DNA from: Chloroflexota bacterium
GTDB lineage: Bacteria; Chloroflexota; Dehalococcoidia; DSGV01
Assembly: GCA_021787985.1 (NCBI GenBank)
Contig: JAJYLG010000008.1
Coordinates: 2,821-66,820, forward strand
Direction: 5' to 3'
Length of the DNA: 64,000 bases
Below, piece by piece: positions 44,295-54,332 of the stretch (its first letter is position 1; each line of letters starts with the position of its first letter). The translations under genes and the position numbers were made by a program. The notes beneath the pieces were generated by a model. The model made no database searches, was not told where the DNA came from, and saw only the letters and a list, made by a program, of their open reading frames with translations.

Positions 44295-44642
44295 ATGCGC
44301 GCGCTCTGTCTGGTGCAAGAGTTGATGTCGCGGGAACGTGTCCACGCCGCCTGCGCCGCCGCTGGCTGGCAGTGTGCGGATGGCGACGCGCCACAGGTGC
44401 GGTGGGACGGGATCGACGTCGTATTTGCCGACCTCGGCGAGGAGAACGCATGGGTGCGCGAGACGCTGGCGACACGGCCGCCCGCGGTTCGGCTGTTCGC
44501 GTGGTACCCGCACGTGCGTGGCGACCTGCGCGAGGCCGGACGCGTGCTGCGGGCCGATGTGATCGTGCCGCGTTCCCGCTTCTTCCGTGACCCGCTGCCG
44601 CTCTTGCGGTCGGTTACGGCGGGCGAGACGATCGCGGACTAG
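44295..44642 (+). CDS. Small degenerate receiver-like (CheY-fold) protein
   Basis: RBS GGAGGAG, DVVFADL and AD.IVPRSRFF. The canonical DD and K residues are missing. Confidence 0.55.
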   Translation: MRALCLVQELMSRERVHAACAAAGWQCADGDAPQVRWDGIDVVFADLGEENAWVRETLATRPPAVRLFAWYPHVRGDLREAGRVLRADVIVPRSRFFRDPLPLLRSVTAGETIAD

Positions 44643-44647
44643 GCGGG

Positions 44648-46324
44648 CTACGCGGCGCCGTCCGCCTCCGAGAACGCCACGAACGCTCCCACGATGTCAC
44701 CGGCGTCGCTTCGGAGCGGCGTGCCCCAGCCGAGCAGCCGTCGGCCGCTGGCGGGCACGCGCACGAGCGCACGCGTCACTTGGATGCCCATCTCGGCCGC
44801 CATCACGGCCGGGTGGCGCTCGCGCGGGAGCGGCTCACCGCTCGGGCCGGACAGCTCGATCTCGCTGCAGTGGAGTCCCAGCAGATCATGCAGGGACAGG
44901 GCGAGCAAGGGCTCGGTCGCGCGGCTGCAGTCGACCACGCATCCGGTCTCGTCGAAGACGAGCAGGCCGGTCGGCATCCAGTCGAAGAGCGCGAGGCGCT
45001 CGGCGGCGAGATGGGCTTGCTCCTCGTGCTCACGCCAACGTTCGTACTCCGCCGTCGCGTCCTCGAGCAGCAGCAGACCGCCGGCGATGGAGTTGTCCGC
45101 GGCGGTCAGCGGTCGCCCACGAACGCGCACTACGGCCTGCGGGCGGGAAGTGAGCCGCAACATCTGGTTCTCCACGCGCTCGCCGTTCAGGACGCGGCGG
45201 CAGGGGCGCTCGGCCGGAGGGATGGGCGTGCCGTCCAGGTGAAGGTGGATGGATATCTCGTCCACATGGCGTCCCAGCAGGTCGGCGGCGTTCAGACCTG
45301 CGACCGTGACGACGGCCTGGTTCACGTCCCGCACCACGCCGTCGGGGCCCACCAGGAGGACGCCCACGGGCAGGGCGTCAAGCAGGTTGGCCCGCTCCTG
45401 CTGCAGCCGCAGGACCTCGCGCAGCGTGTGCTCACGGTCGCGCTCCTCGGTGACGTCGCGCAGCACGGTGACCGCGCCGATGATGTTGCCGTCCGCGCCT
45501 CGGAGCGGGGTGCTGACCGAGTGCCACGTGCGGCACGGATCGTCCGCGTAGCGGTACAGGCCGACCGCCGGCGACTCGCCCCGCAAGGCCCGGAAGGTCG
45601 CGTATCGGGCGGGCGGGAGCGGCTCGCCGGAGTCCGGGTCGATGTGGGTGCTGCGGCCCGGCAGGTAGTTGAGCCCCTCGATCGTGGATCGCGGCCGCGC
45701 GCGGAGCTGCTCATAGGCGGCGTTGCAGTCCCGGAACGCGCCGTTGGCGTCGACCACGAACACGGGATCCGCGATGGCGTCAAAGAGGGCCTGCTGCGCG
45801 GCCTCTCGCTGGTGGGCGACGATGACGGCGGCCGTGTACTCGGCCAGGACGATCATGCGCCGAACATCGTCCGGCGAGATCGTGCGGTGCGAACGGGCGG
45901 CCGCCAGCATGACGCCCAGGCGCGCCTCGTCCAGCACGAGGGAAACGCCCACGCCGCTGGCCAGACGCTCGCGTCGGACGACCGCGTAGCGCTCGCGGGC
46001 AACGGCGGTCGTCAGGTCCGGCAGGACGAGCGCCGGCGCAGCTCCGGCGATGTCGTGCGCCAGCGTCAGCTCGGCCGCGCCGCCCGCGGACGGCGGCTGG
46101 GCGAGCAGCGAGCCGGCGACGCCGTACCCGCGTGTCTCTGACAGCGCCGCGTCCGTGAGGACGACCTCGCAATACTCCCACCCGGAGATGCGCAGCGCGC
46201 GGTCGGCCAGGCGCGAGAGCTCGAGACGCGCGCCGGCGGCACGACGGCCCTGCCCGTCGGCCATGTCCTCGGGATCCGCGGGCGAGTCGCGGCTCGCACG
46301 AAGCCCGTCATCGTGCTTGTTCAT
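44648..46324 (-). CDS. GAF + multi-PAS sensory protein without an output domain
   Basis: GAF-like N-terminus, then three PAS/PAC units (IADPVFVVDANG, LPVGVLLVGPDG, MPTGLLVFDETG). The protein ends at the last PAC. Confidence 0.75.
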   Translation of the reverse strand: MNKHDDGLRASRDSPADPEDMADGQGRRAAGARLELSRLADRALRISGWEYCEVVLTDAALSETRGYGVAGSLLAQPPSAGGAAELTLAHDIAGAAPALVLPDLTTAVARERYAVVRRERLASGVGVSLVLDEARLGVMLAAARSHRTISPDDVRRMIVLAEYTAAVIVAHQREAAQQALFDAIADPVFVVDANGAFRDCNAAYEQLRARPRSTIEGLNYLPGRSTHIDPDSGEPLPPARYATFRALRGESPAVGLYRYADDPCRTWHSVSTPLRGADGNIIGAVTVLRDVTEERDREHTLREVLRLQQERANLLDALPVGVLLVGPDGVVRDVNQAVVTVAGLNAADLLGRHVDEISIHLHLDGTPIPPAERPCRRVLNGERVENQMLRLTSRPQAVVRVRGRPLTAADNSIAGGLLLLEDATAEYERWREHEEQAHLAAERLALFDWMPTGLLVFDETGCVVDCSRATEPLLALSLHDLLGLHCSEIELSGPSGEPLPRERHPAVMAAEMGIQVTRALVRVPASGRRLLGWGTPLRSDAGDIVGAFVAFSEADGAA

Positions 46325-46504
46325 CCGCAATGCAACCACCGGGAACGCGGCGCGGCGACGCCGGCGGGCGCCCGTTCCCTCCTCATCGATCATCGGTCGC
46401 CACGCGCCCAGCCGTAGGCCGGGGCCCCGCCCGCGGCGGGCAGGCGGGCGCCGGTACCCGGCGGCAGGTATGCTGGAGGCGATGCACGGCAGCGGGGGCG
46501 CGAA

Positions 46505-47986
46505 GTGACGACGGTCGCGACCGACTACGAGGTGGTCATCGGGCTGGAGGTGCATGCGCAGCTCCTCACCCGCAGCAAGATGTTCTGCGGCTGTAGCGCC
46601 GAGTACTCGGCCGCGCCGCCCAACACGCACGTCTGCCCGGTGTGTCTGGGAATGCCGGGCGTGCTGCCGGTCATCAATCGTCGCGCTGTCGAGCTGACGA
46701 TCATGACCGCGCTCGCGCTGGACTGCGAGATCCCGGAGCAGAGCAAGTTCGACCGCAAGAACTACCATTACCCGGACCTGATGAAGGGCTACCAGGTCTC
46801 GCAGTACGATCTGCCGCTCAGCCGTGACGGGTGGCTGACGATCGAGACGGAGGAAGGCGAGCGGAGGGTCGGGGTCACGCGGGTGCACCTGGAGGAGGAC
46901 ACCGCGCGGCTCACGCACGTGGACGGGCCCGACGGGAGCTTCTCCTTGGTGGACGTGAACCGTTCCGGTGTGCCGTTGATGGAGATCGTCTCCGAGCCGG
47001 ACATGCGCTCGCCCGAGGAGGCGCGGCTCTACCTGGTGAAGCTGCGCCAGGTGCTGCGCTACGCGGGCGTGAGCCTGGCCAACATGGAGGAGGGCAACTT
47101 CCGCTGCGACGCCAACGTCAGCCTGCGGCCGCGCGGGTCGTCCTCCTTGGGCGTCAAGGTCGAGGTCAAGAACATGAACTCCTTCCGCTCGGTGCAGCGC
47201 GCCCTGGAGTACGAGGTGGAGCGCCAGACGCGCCTGCTGGACGGCGGCGAGGCGGTCGTGCAGGAGACGCGAGGCTGGGTGGAGTCCGAGGGCAAGACCG
47301 TGTCGCAGCGGTCGAAGGAGTACGCGCACGATTACCGGTACTTCCCTGAGCCGGACCTTCCGCCGATGCAGGTCAACCGGGAGCTGGTATCCCGACTCCG
47401 TGCTGCCCTGCCCGAGCTGCCGGACGAGAAGCGCCGGCGGTTCGAGGAGGCGTACGGGCTGACCCGGTACGAGGCAGAGCTGCTGGTCGAGTCGCGGGCG
47501 CGGGCCGACTACCACGAGGCGGCCGTGGCGGCCTCTGGCTTGCGCGGCGACGCTCGCCTGCAGCGCGCGAAGCAGGTCGCGAACTGGATGCTGGGCGACA
47601 TGGCCCGGCTGCAGAACGCGCAGAACGTTGACATCGAGGCGGTCCGCATCCAGCCGGAGCAGCTCGGCCAGCTCGTCGCAATGGTGGAAGGCGGGCAGAT
47701 CACCGGCCGCAGCGCCAAGGCGGTGTTCGAGCGGATGTGGCGCGAAGGCCGGTCGCCGCACGAGATCGTGGCGGAGGAAGGGCTGGCGCAGATCTCGGGC
47801 GTGGACGAGTTGCGTGGTATTGTTGAGCGGGTGATCGCGGCCAGCGACAGGGCCGTCGCCGACTATCGGGCGGGGAAGACGGAGGCGGTACAGTTCCTCG
47901 TCGGCCAGGTCATGAAACAGACCAAGGGGCGGGCCAATCCCGGGACGGTGCGGGATCTCCTGCTGGAGATCCTGCAGAACGGGTAG
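46505..47986 (+). CDS. gatB: Asp-tRNA(Asn)/Glu-tRNA(Gln) amidotransferase subunit B
   Basis: VIGLEVHAQL.T.SK.FC, RKNYHYPDL, HLEED, EVKNMNS and YRYFPEPDL. Confidence 0.97.
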   Translation: MTTVATDYEVVIGLEVHAQLLTRSKMFCGCSAEYSAAPPNTHVCPVCLGMPGVLPVINRRAVELTIMTALALDCEIPEQSKFDRKNYHYPDLMKGYQVSQYDLPLSRDGWLTIETEEGERRVGVTRVHLEEDTARLTHVDGPDGSFSLVDVNRSGVPLMEIVSEPDMRSPEEARLYLVKLRQVLRYAGVSLANMEEGNFRCDANVSLRPRGSSSLGVKVEVKNMNSFRSVQRALEYEVERQTRLLDGGEAVVQETRGWVESEGKTVSQRSKEYAHDYRYFPEPDLPPMQVNRELVSRLRAALPELPDEKRRRFEEAYGLTRYEAELLVESRARADYHEAAVAASGLRGDARLQRAKQVANWMLGDMARLQNAQNVDIEAVRIQPEQLGQLVAMVEGGQITGRSAKAVFERMWREGRSPHEIVAEEGLAQISGVDELRGIVERVIAASDRAVADYRAGKTEAVQFLVGQVMKQTKGRANPGTVRDLLLEILQNG

Positions 47987-48154
47987 CAGCTCCGGTCGGA
48001 TGACCGGTCATACGGAGGGGTACCATCCGCCGTTCACAGTGCGAGAACCGTGCGGCGCGCGTGCCGACCTGCCGAGAGGCGCACGGCGGGAGCGCCACGC
48101 GAGCCGGTGCGCCGCTGGGCCTTGCGGCGTCGACCCGGGGTACGTGACGGGCTG

Positions 48155-49513
48155 ATGGAGACGCAGGCTCCCGTGAGCAACGGGAGGTCGCGGGACTGGC
48201 GCATGCTCCTCTGGCTGCGTCCGGGGATGCACGTCAAGCGCTGGCTGCTGCTGCTCTTCCTGGGCGTCGTACTGATGGGCCTCGGAGTGGCCTACCTGCT
48301 TCGCGAGGCCTACCTCACCTACACCTTCCCGGGCGTCGCCTACTACCTCACCATCCAATTCATCCCGCGCTTCCTTCGCGGACTGATCTTCGCCGTGCTC
48401 AGCGTGGCGATGATCGGCACGGCGGTTTGGAAGCTGAACCACTCCTTGCTGGAGGCAGTGCAGGGCTACCGCGGCGGCGCCAGCCTGGTCGACAGGGTGT
48501 ACACCTACCGGTTCCGCAACCAGGGCCCGCGTGTCGTGGTCATCGGCGGCGGCACCGGTCTCTCCACGCTGCTCCGTGGGCTGAAGCAGTACACGACCAA
48601 TCTCACCACCATCGTCACGGTCGCCGATGACGGCGGTTCCAGCGGCCGGCTGCGGCGCGACATGGGCGTGCTGCCGCCGGGTGACATCCGCAAGAACATC
48701 GCCGCGCTGGCCGACGAGGAACAGCTCATGACGCGGCTCTTCCAGTACCGCTTCGATGAGGGCAGCGGCGACCTGGAGGGCCACTCGTTCGGCAACCTGT
48801 TCATCGTGGCCATGACCGCGGTCACCGGCTCGTTCGAGGAGGCGGTGCGCGCTACCAGCCGCGTGCTCAACGTGCGCGGCACGATCCTGCCGAGCACGCT
48901 CGAGGACCTGACGTTGGTGGCGGAGGTGGAGGGCGTGGGGACCGTGCGCGGTGAGTCCGCGATCACGGAGCGGGGCGGGCGCGTGAAGGCGATCCGCATC
49001 GAGCCGGCGGACGCGGAGGCGAACCAGGAGGCGGTGCAGGCGCTCTTGGCGGCGGACATGATCATCGTCGGTCCGGGCAGCCTCTACACGAGCGTGCTGC
49101 CCAACTTCCTGGTGCGTGGCGTCCGCGACGCCGCCATGGCCTCGCCGGCGTTCAAGGCCTACGTCTGCAACGTGGCGACGCAGCATGGCGAGACGGACCG
49201 CTTCGGCGTGGCCGACCATCTGGGGGTGCTGGAGCGCGAGGTGGGCAAGCATTTCTTCAACGCGGTGCTGGCGAACAGCAACCTGGTGGACGAGCTGCCG
49301 CCGCAGTGGCACAGCGAGCCGGTGCGGCCGGATCCCGGCCCGGTCCGCGGAACACCGGTGGTGCTGGCGGACGTGGTCAGCGACCAGAACCGCTACCGGC
49401 ATGACCCCGACAAGCTTGCGACCGCCCTCATGCAGCTTTACGATGTTCGAGTCCGTGTGCCGCTCCTCGCCCCGACGAGCGCGGAGCCGCAGGCTATGGC
49501 AATGACCAGGTGA
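48155..49513 (+). CDS. yvcK: YvcK/GlmR (CofD-like) protein with an N-terminal TM domain
   Basis: GGGTGLS.LLRGLK, DDGGSSGRLR, PPGDIR, GHSFGNL and GPGSLYTS. Start taken at ATG 48155. Confidence 0.88.
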   Translation: METQAPVSNGRSRDWRMLLWLRPGMHVKRWLLLLFLGVVLMGLGVAYLLREAYLTYTFPGVAYYLTIQFIPRFLRGLIFAVLSVAMIGTAVWKLNHSLLEAVQGYRGGASLVDRVYTYRFRNQGPRVVVIGGGTGLSTLLRGLKQYTTNLTTIVTVADDGGSSGRLRRDMGVLPPGDIRKNIAALADEEQLMTRLFQYRFDEGSGDLEGHSFGNLFIVAMTAVTGSFEEAVRATSRVLNVRGTILPSTLEDLTLVAEVEGVGTVRGESAITERGGRVKAIRIEPADAEANQEAVQALLAADMIIVGPGSLYTSVLPNFLVRGVRDAAMASPAFKAYVCNVATQHGETDRFGVADHLGVLEREVGKHFFNAVLANSNLVDELPPQWHSEPVRPDPGPVRGTPVVLADVVSDQNRYRHDPDKLATALMQLYDVRVRVPLLAPTSAEPQAMAMTR

Positions 49514-49517
49514 ACCG

Positions 49518-49742
49518 ATGACCTTCCGTGACGCCGTTAACATCGGCATGATCCTCATTTCCGCGCTGCTTGTCGGCGTGGTGCTGCTGCAACTGAAGGG
49601 AAACACCCTGAGCGGCATGCTCGGAGGTTCCGGCTCGATGTATCGCACGCGGCGCGGCGTGGAGAAGACCCTGCTCCAGGTCACGGTGGTCCTGGTCGTC
49701 GTGCTCGTGATCCTGGCGGTAGTCACCGTCCGGGCTCACTGA
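49518..49742 (+). CDS. secG: Preprotein translocase subunit SecG
   Basis: Two TM helices around LLQ.KG..LSG..GG....YRTRRGVEKTL. Confidence 0.88.
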   Translation: MTFRDAVNIGMILISALLVGVVLLQLKGNTLSGMLGGSGSMYRTRRGVEKTLLQVTVVLVVVLVILAVVTVRAH

Positions 49743-49747
49743 GCGGT

Positions 49748-51415
49748 TTGACCGCCAGGTCCCGAAGTCCCCGATACCCTTCGCTCCAGCGCGAGACCCG
49801 TCGCCGCGGATGGCTGCTCCTGCTGGCCGCGGGCGTCGCAGCGGCCGCGCTCGGCGGGATCTGGTGGTTCGGTCTGCGGGCGCCTGGTGACCGGCCCGCG
49901 TTTGGCGGCACCTACGTCGAAGCGGAAATTGGTCAGGCGCGTCGGGTGAACCCGCTCTATGCGTCGTTCAACCAGGCGGACCAAGATCTCGCCGCCCTGG
50001 TGTTCAGCGGTCTCGTGCGCATGGGCGCCCATGGTGAGGTGCTTCCCGGCATCGCCGAGCGCTGGGACATCAATGCGGACGCCACCGAGTTCACCTTCCA
50101 CCTCCGGCGCAACGCGCTGTGGCAGGACGGCAAGCCGGTGACGGCCGATGACGTGGTCTTCACCGCCGCCCTGCTGGGCTCGCCGGACTACGCGGGGGAC
50201 CCGGCACTTCAGCAGGTCTGGCGCGGGGCCACCGCGGTGAAGATCGACGAGTACACCGTGCGCTTCGTCCTCAAGCAGCCGTTCGCGCCGTTCCTGGCGT
50301 ACTGCTCCATCGGGCTGCTGCCGCGCCACCTGCTGGAAGGGATGTCCGCCTCCCGCCTCGCGGACGCAGGGTTCAATCGCCAACCCGTGGGAAGCGGGCC
50401 GTACCGCCTCGTCGCGCTCGATTCCGCGCACGCGGTGCTCGAGGCGGTCTCCGGGTACTATCTCGGCGGTCCCTACATCAAGACGATCGAGATCCGCTTC
50501 TTCCGCGACCCCCGTGAGGCGATGAACGCCGTCTTGCGGAAAGAGGCCGATGGCGCGCTGCTGCCCCCGGTCTTCCAGGCGAACGAGTGGGCGGCGCTGG
50601 CCGCCCGGCAGGACGTCAGGCTGCTCCGCGAGACGCGGACCAACTCGCTCGTCCTCTACCTGAACAACGGCCAGCCGCCGTTCACCGATAGCCGTGTTCG
50701 CCAGGCGCTCTCGCTGGCCATCGACCGCGGCCGCGTCGCGGACCTGGCCGCCGGCGGTCGGGCGACGCCGAGCGATCTGCCCATTCCCCCCGGCGCCTGG
50801 GCGGCGCCGGCCGAAGCCGTCGCGCCGTCGGCGGACCCCGCGCGCGCGAAATCGCTGCTGGCTGAGGCCGGCTGGACGCCCGGCCCGGACGGGACGCTGA
50901 CCCGCCAGGGGAAGGCGATCGAGTTCACGCTGGTGGCGAACAACGATCCCGGCCGCGTCGCCGCGGCCACGGAGGTCGCGCGCCAGCTCGCCGTCATCGG
51001 CGTGAAGGTGCAGGTGGCCACCGCCGGCGCCACCGAGGTGCTGCGTGACTTCATCGCGCCGCGCAGGTATGAGGCCGTCCTGTATGGTTGGGACCCAGGG
51101 ATCGACCCTGATCCCTACCCGGCCTGGGACAGCGCGCGGGATACGCCGGACGGCGGAAACGTGGCACGCTACCACAACAGCGAGGTCGACCGGCTGCTGG
51201 AGCGCGCGCGGCAGACACCCGACCAGGCCGCCCGGCGCTCGTTGTACGACCAGTTCGTGGCGCGTTTCCGGGCCGACGCACCCTCGATCGTGCTCTACTA
51301 CGCGCAGGACACGTACCTGCTCCGGCGCGATATCCACGGGATCGAGCCCGCGGTCCTCGCGCAGCCGTCCGCCCGCTTCTGGGACGTCGCCGACTGGTAC
51401 GTGAAGACGAGGTGA
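49748..51415 (+). CDS. Peptide ABC transporter substrate-binding protein (family 5)
   Basis: N-terminal TM helix, GG.YVEA.IG...RVNP, WQDGKPVTADDV.FT and PVGSGPY. Confidence 0.88.
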   Translation: MTARSRSPRYPSLQRETRRRGWLLLLAAGVAAAALGGIWWFGLRAPGDRPAFGGTYVEAEIGQARRVNPLYASFNQADQDLAALVFSGLVRMGAHGEVLPGIAERWDINADATEFTFHLRRNALWQDGKPVTADDVVFTAALLGSPDYAGDPALQQVWRGATAVKIDEYTVRFVLKQPFAPFLAYCSIGLLPRHLLEGMSASRLADAGFNRQPVGSGPYRLVALDSAHAVLEAVSGYYLGGPYIKTIEIRFFRDPREAMNAVLRKEADGALLPPVFQANEWAALAARQDVRLLRETRTNSLVLYLNNGQPPFTDSRVRQALSLAIDRGRVADLAAGGRATPSDLPIPPGAWAAPAEAVAPSADPARAKSLLAEAGWTPGPDGTLTRQGKAIEFTLVANNDPGRVAAATEVARQLAVIGVKVQVATAGATEVLRDFIAPRRYEAVLYGWDPGIDPDPYPAWDSARDTPDGGNVARYHNSEVDRLLERARQTPDQAARRSLYDQFVARFRADAPSIVLYYAQDTYLLRRDIHGIEPAVLAQPSARFWDVADWYVKTR

Positions 51416-51421
51416 TCGTCG

Positions 51422-52261
51422 ATGTCGCGACCGGTCATCACGTTGCTTACCGACTTCGGGACGCGTGACGCCTACGTCGCGGCCATGCGCGGCGTCCTGC
51501 TGGCCCTGGCGCCGGAGTCGCTGCCGGTGGACATCACCCACCACGTCCCGCCGCAGGATGTGCTCGTCGGCTCGCTGGTCGCGGCGCAGGCGTGGCCGTA
51601 TTTCCCGCAGGGCTCCGTCCACGTAGCGGTGGTCGACCCGGGCGTCGGCACCGCGCGCGCTTCGCTGGCGGTCGAAGCCGGTGGCTCGTGGTTCGTCGGT
51701 CCAGACAACGGCCTGCTCTCGCCCGCCGTGCCGGTGGGCTCGCGGCCGCAGGGGGACCCGACCGTCGCGGCCGTCTGTCCGCTGCCCGAGGGTGTCCGCC
51801 TGTGGCGGATCGATCACGGGCGGCTGTCCCCCGGACGGCCGGTGAGCTCGACGTTCCAGGGACGTGATGTCTTCGCGCCCGCGGCGGCCCGACTGGCACG
51901 CGGCGAACCGGCGGACGCCTTCGCCGCGCCGGCCGACCGACTGTGGTGCTTCCCCGTGCCACAGGCGCGGCGCAGCGTGCGCGGCGTCCTCTCCGGGGTG
52001 GTCCTCTACATCGACCACTTCGGGAACGCGGTCACCAGCATCCGGGAGGAGCAGCTCGTCGCAGGGCTCACCGTCGAGGCGCTGGCGCGTGACCTGGGTG
52101 CGCCGGTGCGCACCTTCGGCGACCTGCACCCCGGGCAGCCGGGGGCGCTGGTCGGCAGCGCCGGCTTCCTCGAAGTGGTCATGCGGGACGGGAGCGCCGC
52201 CGCGGCCCTCGGCATCGGCCGCGGCGACGTGGTCGTCTGCCGGCCGCTGGAGCGGCGATGA
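51422..52261 (+). CDS. SAM hydrolase/halogenase (DUF62) family protein
   Basis: LLTDFG..D, VVDPGVGT.R, GPDNG, STFQGRDVF and YIDHFGN. Confidence 0.88.
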   Translation: MSRPVITLLTDFGTRDAYVAAMRGVLLALAPESLPVDITHHVPPQDVLVGSLVAAQAWPYFPQGSVHVAVVDPGVGTARASLAVEAGGSWFVGPDNGLLSPAVPVGSRPQGDPTVAAVCPLPEGVRLWRIDHGRLSPGRPVSSTFQGRDVFAPAAARLARGEPADAFAAPADRLWCFPVPQARRSVRGVLSGVVLYIDHFGNAVTSIREEQLVAGLTVEALARDLGAPVRTFGDLHPGQPGALVGSAGFLEVVMRDGSAAAALGIGRGDVVVCRPLERR

Positions 52262-53220
52262 CGCGCGTCGTCTTCATGGGCTCCGACCCGTTTTCGCTCC
52301 CCACGTTGCGCGCGCTGCTGGAGTCCGGCTATGAGGTCGTGGCGGCGTATACGCAGCCGTCCAAGCCCGCGGGCCGTGGGCGACGCTCGCTGCCCACGCC
52401 CGTACAGGCTGAGGCCGAGCTTCAGGGGCTGCCCGTCCGCACGCCGGTGACGCTGCGCGACGGCGCCGAGGTGGCGGCGCTGCGTGCGCTGGCCCCCGAC
52501 CTCATCGTCGTCGCCGCCTACGGCCAGATCCTCCGTCCGGCCGTGCTCCACCTGCCGCGCCACGGCTGCATCAACGTGCACGCCTCGCTGCTACCGCGCT
52601 GGCGCGGGGCGGCGCCGGTGGCCGCCGCTATCGCCGCAGGCGATGAGGAGACGGGCGTCTCGATCATGCTGATGGATCCGGGTCTGGACACTGGCCCGGT
52701 GCTCGCGCAGCGCTCCGAGCGTATCCTGCCGGACGACACGACCGCCTCAGTGTCGGAGCGACTGGCAAGGCTTGGTGGTGCGCTACTGATGGAAGTCTTG
52801 CCGGGCTGGCTCAAGGGGGAGCTCGCACCACGGCCGCAGGACGACGCGCGCGCCACGCATGCGCCGCGGCTCAGCCGTGGGGACGGCGAGCTCGACCTGG
52901 CGCGCCCGGCGGCCGAGCTCGAGCGGGCGGTGCGAGCGCTCCACCCGTGGCCGGGCGCGTGGCTCCGGTACGATGGGATCGGGCTGCGGGTGTTGCGCGC
53001 CCTGGCGATTGACGGCTCGGCCGACCCGGGCGCGGTGGTCACGCCGGCGCCGGCAGGGGGGCGGCTGGCGGCGTTTGCGGTCGGGACGGGCAGCGGGTTG
53101 CTGGTGCCGCTCCAGGTGCAGCGTGAGGGACGCAGGCCCGCGACCGCGGCCGAGTGGGCGCGTGGCGAGCGGGCGTTCTCGTCGCTGCGCTTCCAGCCTG
53201 GGCCCGGAAAGGATGCGTGA
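52258..53220 (+). CDS. fmt: Methionyl-tRNA formyltransferase
   Basis: VVFMGS, TQP.KPAGRG, VAAYG.IL and NVHASLLPRWRGAAP. Confidence 0.95.
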   Translation: MTRVVFMGSDPFSLPTLRALLESGYEVVAAYTQPSKPAGRGRRSLPTPVQAEAELQGLPVRTPVTLRDGAEVAALRALAPDLIVVAAYGQILRPAVLHLPRHGCINVHASLLPRWRGAAPVAAAIAAGDEETGVSIMLMDPGLDTGPVLAQRSERILPDDTTASVSERLARLGGALLMEVLPGWLKGELAPRPQDDARATHAPRLSRGDGELDLARPAAELERAVRALHPWPGAWLRYDGIGLRVLRALAIDGSADPGAVVTPAPAGGRLAAFAVGTGSGLLVPLQVQREGRRPATAAEWARGERAFSSLRFQPGPGKDA

Positions 53221-54325
53221 TCCGGTGACGGTGCCGGCCTTCCCTTCCATCTGGGGGCTCGACGACGAAGAGCTCCGGCGGCGTGTGGTCGCGGCGGGGC
53301 TCGATGCGTATCGCGCGCGTCAGCTCCGCGCCTTCACGCTGCGACACCCTGGCGAGGTGGCGACCGACAGCAGCGTGCTTGGGCCGCGGGTGGGCGCGCG
53401 GCTGAGCGCGGTCGTCGACCTCGCGCTGCCGCCCGAGATCGCCCAGCAGCGCAGCGCCGATGGACAGACCGTGAAGTCGCTCCTGCGTCTCGCCGACGGG
53501 GTGACCGTCGAGGCGGTGCTGATGTGCTATTCGCCGGAGGCGGGCAAGCGCGAGCGGCGCACGTTGTGCGTATCGACCCAGGCGGGCTGCGCAATGGGCT
53601 GTGTCTTCTGCGCTACCGGACAGCAGGGACTGGTAAGGGACCTCGACGCCGCGGAGATCGTGGCGCAGGTGACTCACGCGATGCGGCTGCCCGCATCTCG
53701 CGGCCGGTGCCCGACGAACGTGGTCTTCATGGGCATGGGCGAGCCGCTGGCCAACTACCGCGCCACGGTTCGCGCCGTGCGACTGCTGGGCGAGGTGCTC
53801 GGTCTCGGTGAGCGCCGCATCACCCTGTCGACCGTCGGCCTCGTGCCGGCCATGCGTCGCCTGGCGCGCGAGGGGTTGCGGGTCGGGCTGGCAGTGTCGC
53901 TGCACAGCCCGGACGACGCGCTGCGGCGGGAGCTGGTGCCGACGGCGCGGTTCGGCGTGCGCGAGATCCTCGATGCGGCGGACGAGTACACGACGCGGAC
54001 CGGTCGCCGCTACTCGGTCGAGTACGTGCTGATCGAGGGGAGAAACGATTCGTTGCACCTTGCCGGCCGGCTGGCGGACCTGCTGCGCGGGCGCACGTGC
54101 CACGTCAACCTCATCCCGTGGAACTCCGTGCCTGGTCTGCGGGGAGGGCGGCCGTCGCGCAAGCGTACGCTCGCGTTCGAGGCGGCACTGAGCGGACGGG
54201 GCGTCAACGTGACCGTGCGGGTGGAAAAGGGCGTGGAGATCGCGGCCGGGTGCGGGCAGCTCCGCGGGCAAGAAGCAGGCCGGTCCGCCGAAGGCGGACG
54301 GGCGCCGGCCTTCCCGATCTCCTGA
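53213..54325 (+). CDS. rlmN: 23S rRNA/tRNA m2A methyltransferase RlmN (radical SAM)
   Basis: CVSTQAGCAMGCVFC, FMGMGEP, SLH and AAGCGQL. Start taken at ATG 53213. Confidence 0.92.
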   Translation: MRDPVTVPAFPSIWGLDDEELRRRVVAAGLDAYRARQLRAFTLRHPGEVATDSSVLGPRVGARLSAVVDLALPPEIAQQRSADGQTVKSLLRLADGVTVEAVLMCYSPEAGKRERRTLCVSTQAGCAMGCVFCATGQQGLVRDLDAAEIVAQVTHAMRLPASRGRCPTNVVFMGMGEPLANYRATVRAVRLLGEVLGLGERRITLSTVGLVPAMRRLAREGLRVGLAVSLHSPDDALRRELVPTARFGVREILDAADEYTTRTGRRYSVEYVLIEGRNDSLHLAGRLADLLRGRTCHVNLIPWNSVPGLRGGRPSRKRTLAFEAALSGRGVNVTVRVEKGVEIAAGCGQLRGQEAGRSAEGGRAPAFPIS

Positions 54326-54332
54326 CGCGGGG

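Noticed and set aside
41028-44513. 1161-aa antisense ORF
   Set aside because: It is a shadow of the DUF11 surface protein. GC-rich DNA lacks stops on the opposite strand, and the product has no motifs.
46325-47761. N-terminal extension of the 1037-aa ORF 44648-47761
   Set aside because: It is antisense to gatB. Recognisable GAF/PAS sequence begins only near 46324.
52258-53220. fmt as the missing formyltransferase half of a split HypX
   Set aside because: It has typical methionyl-tRNA formyltransferase motifs, sits in a housekeeping run with rlmN, and is over 50 kb from the hyp genes.
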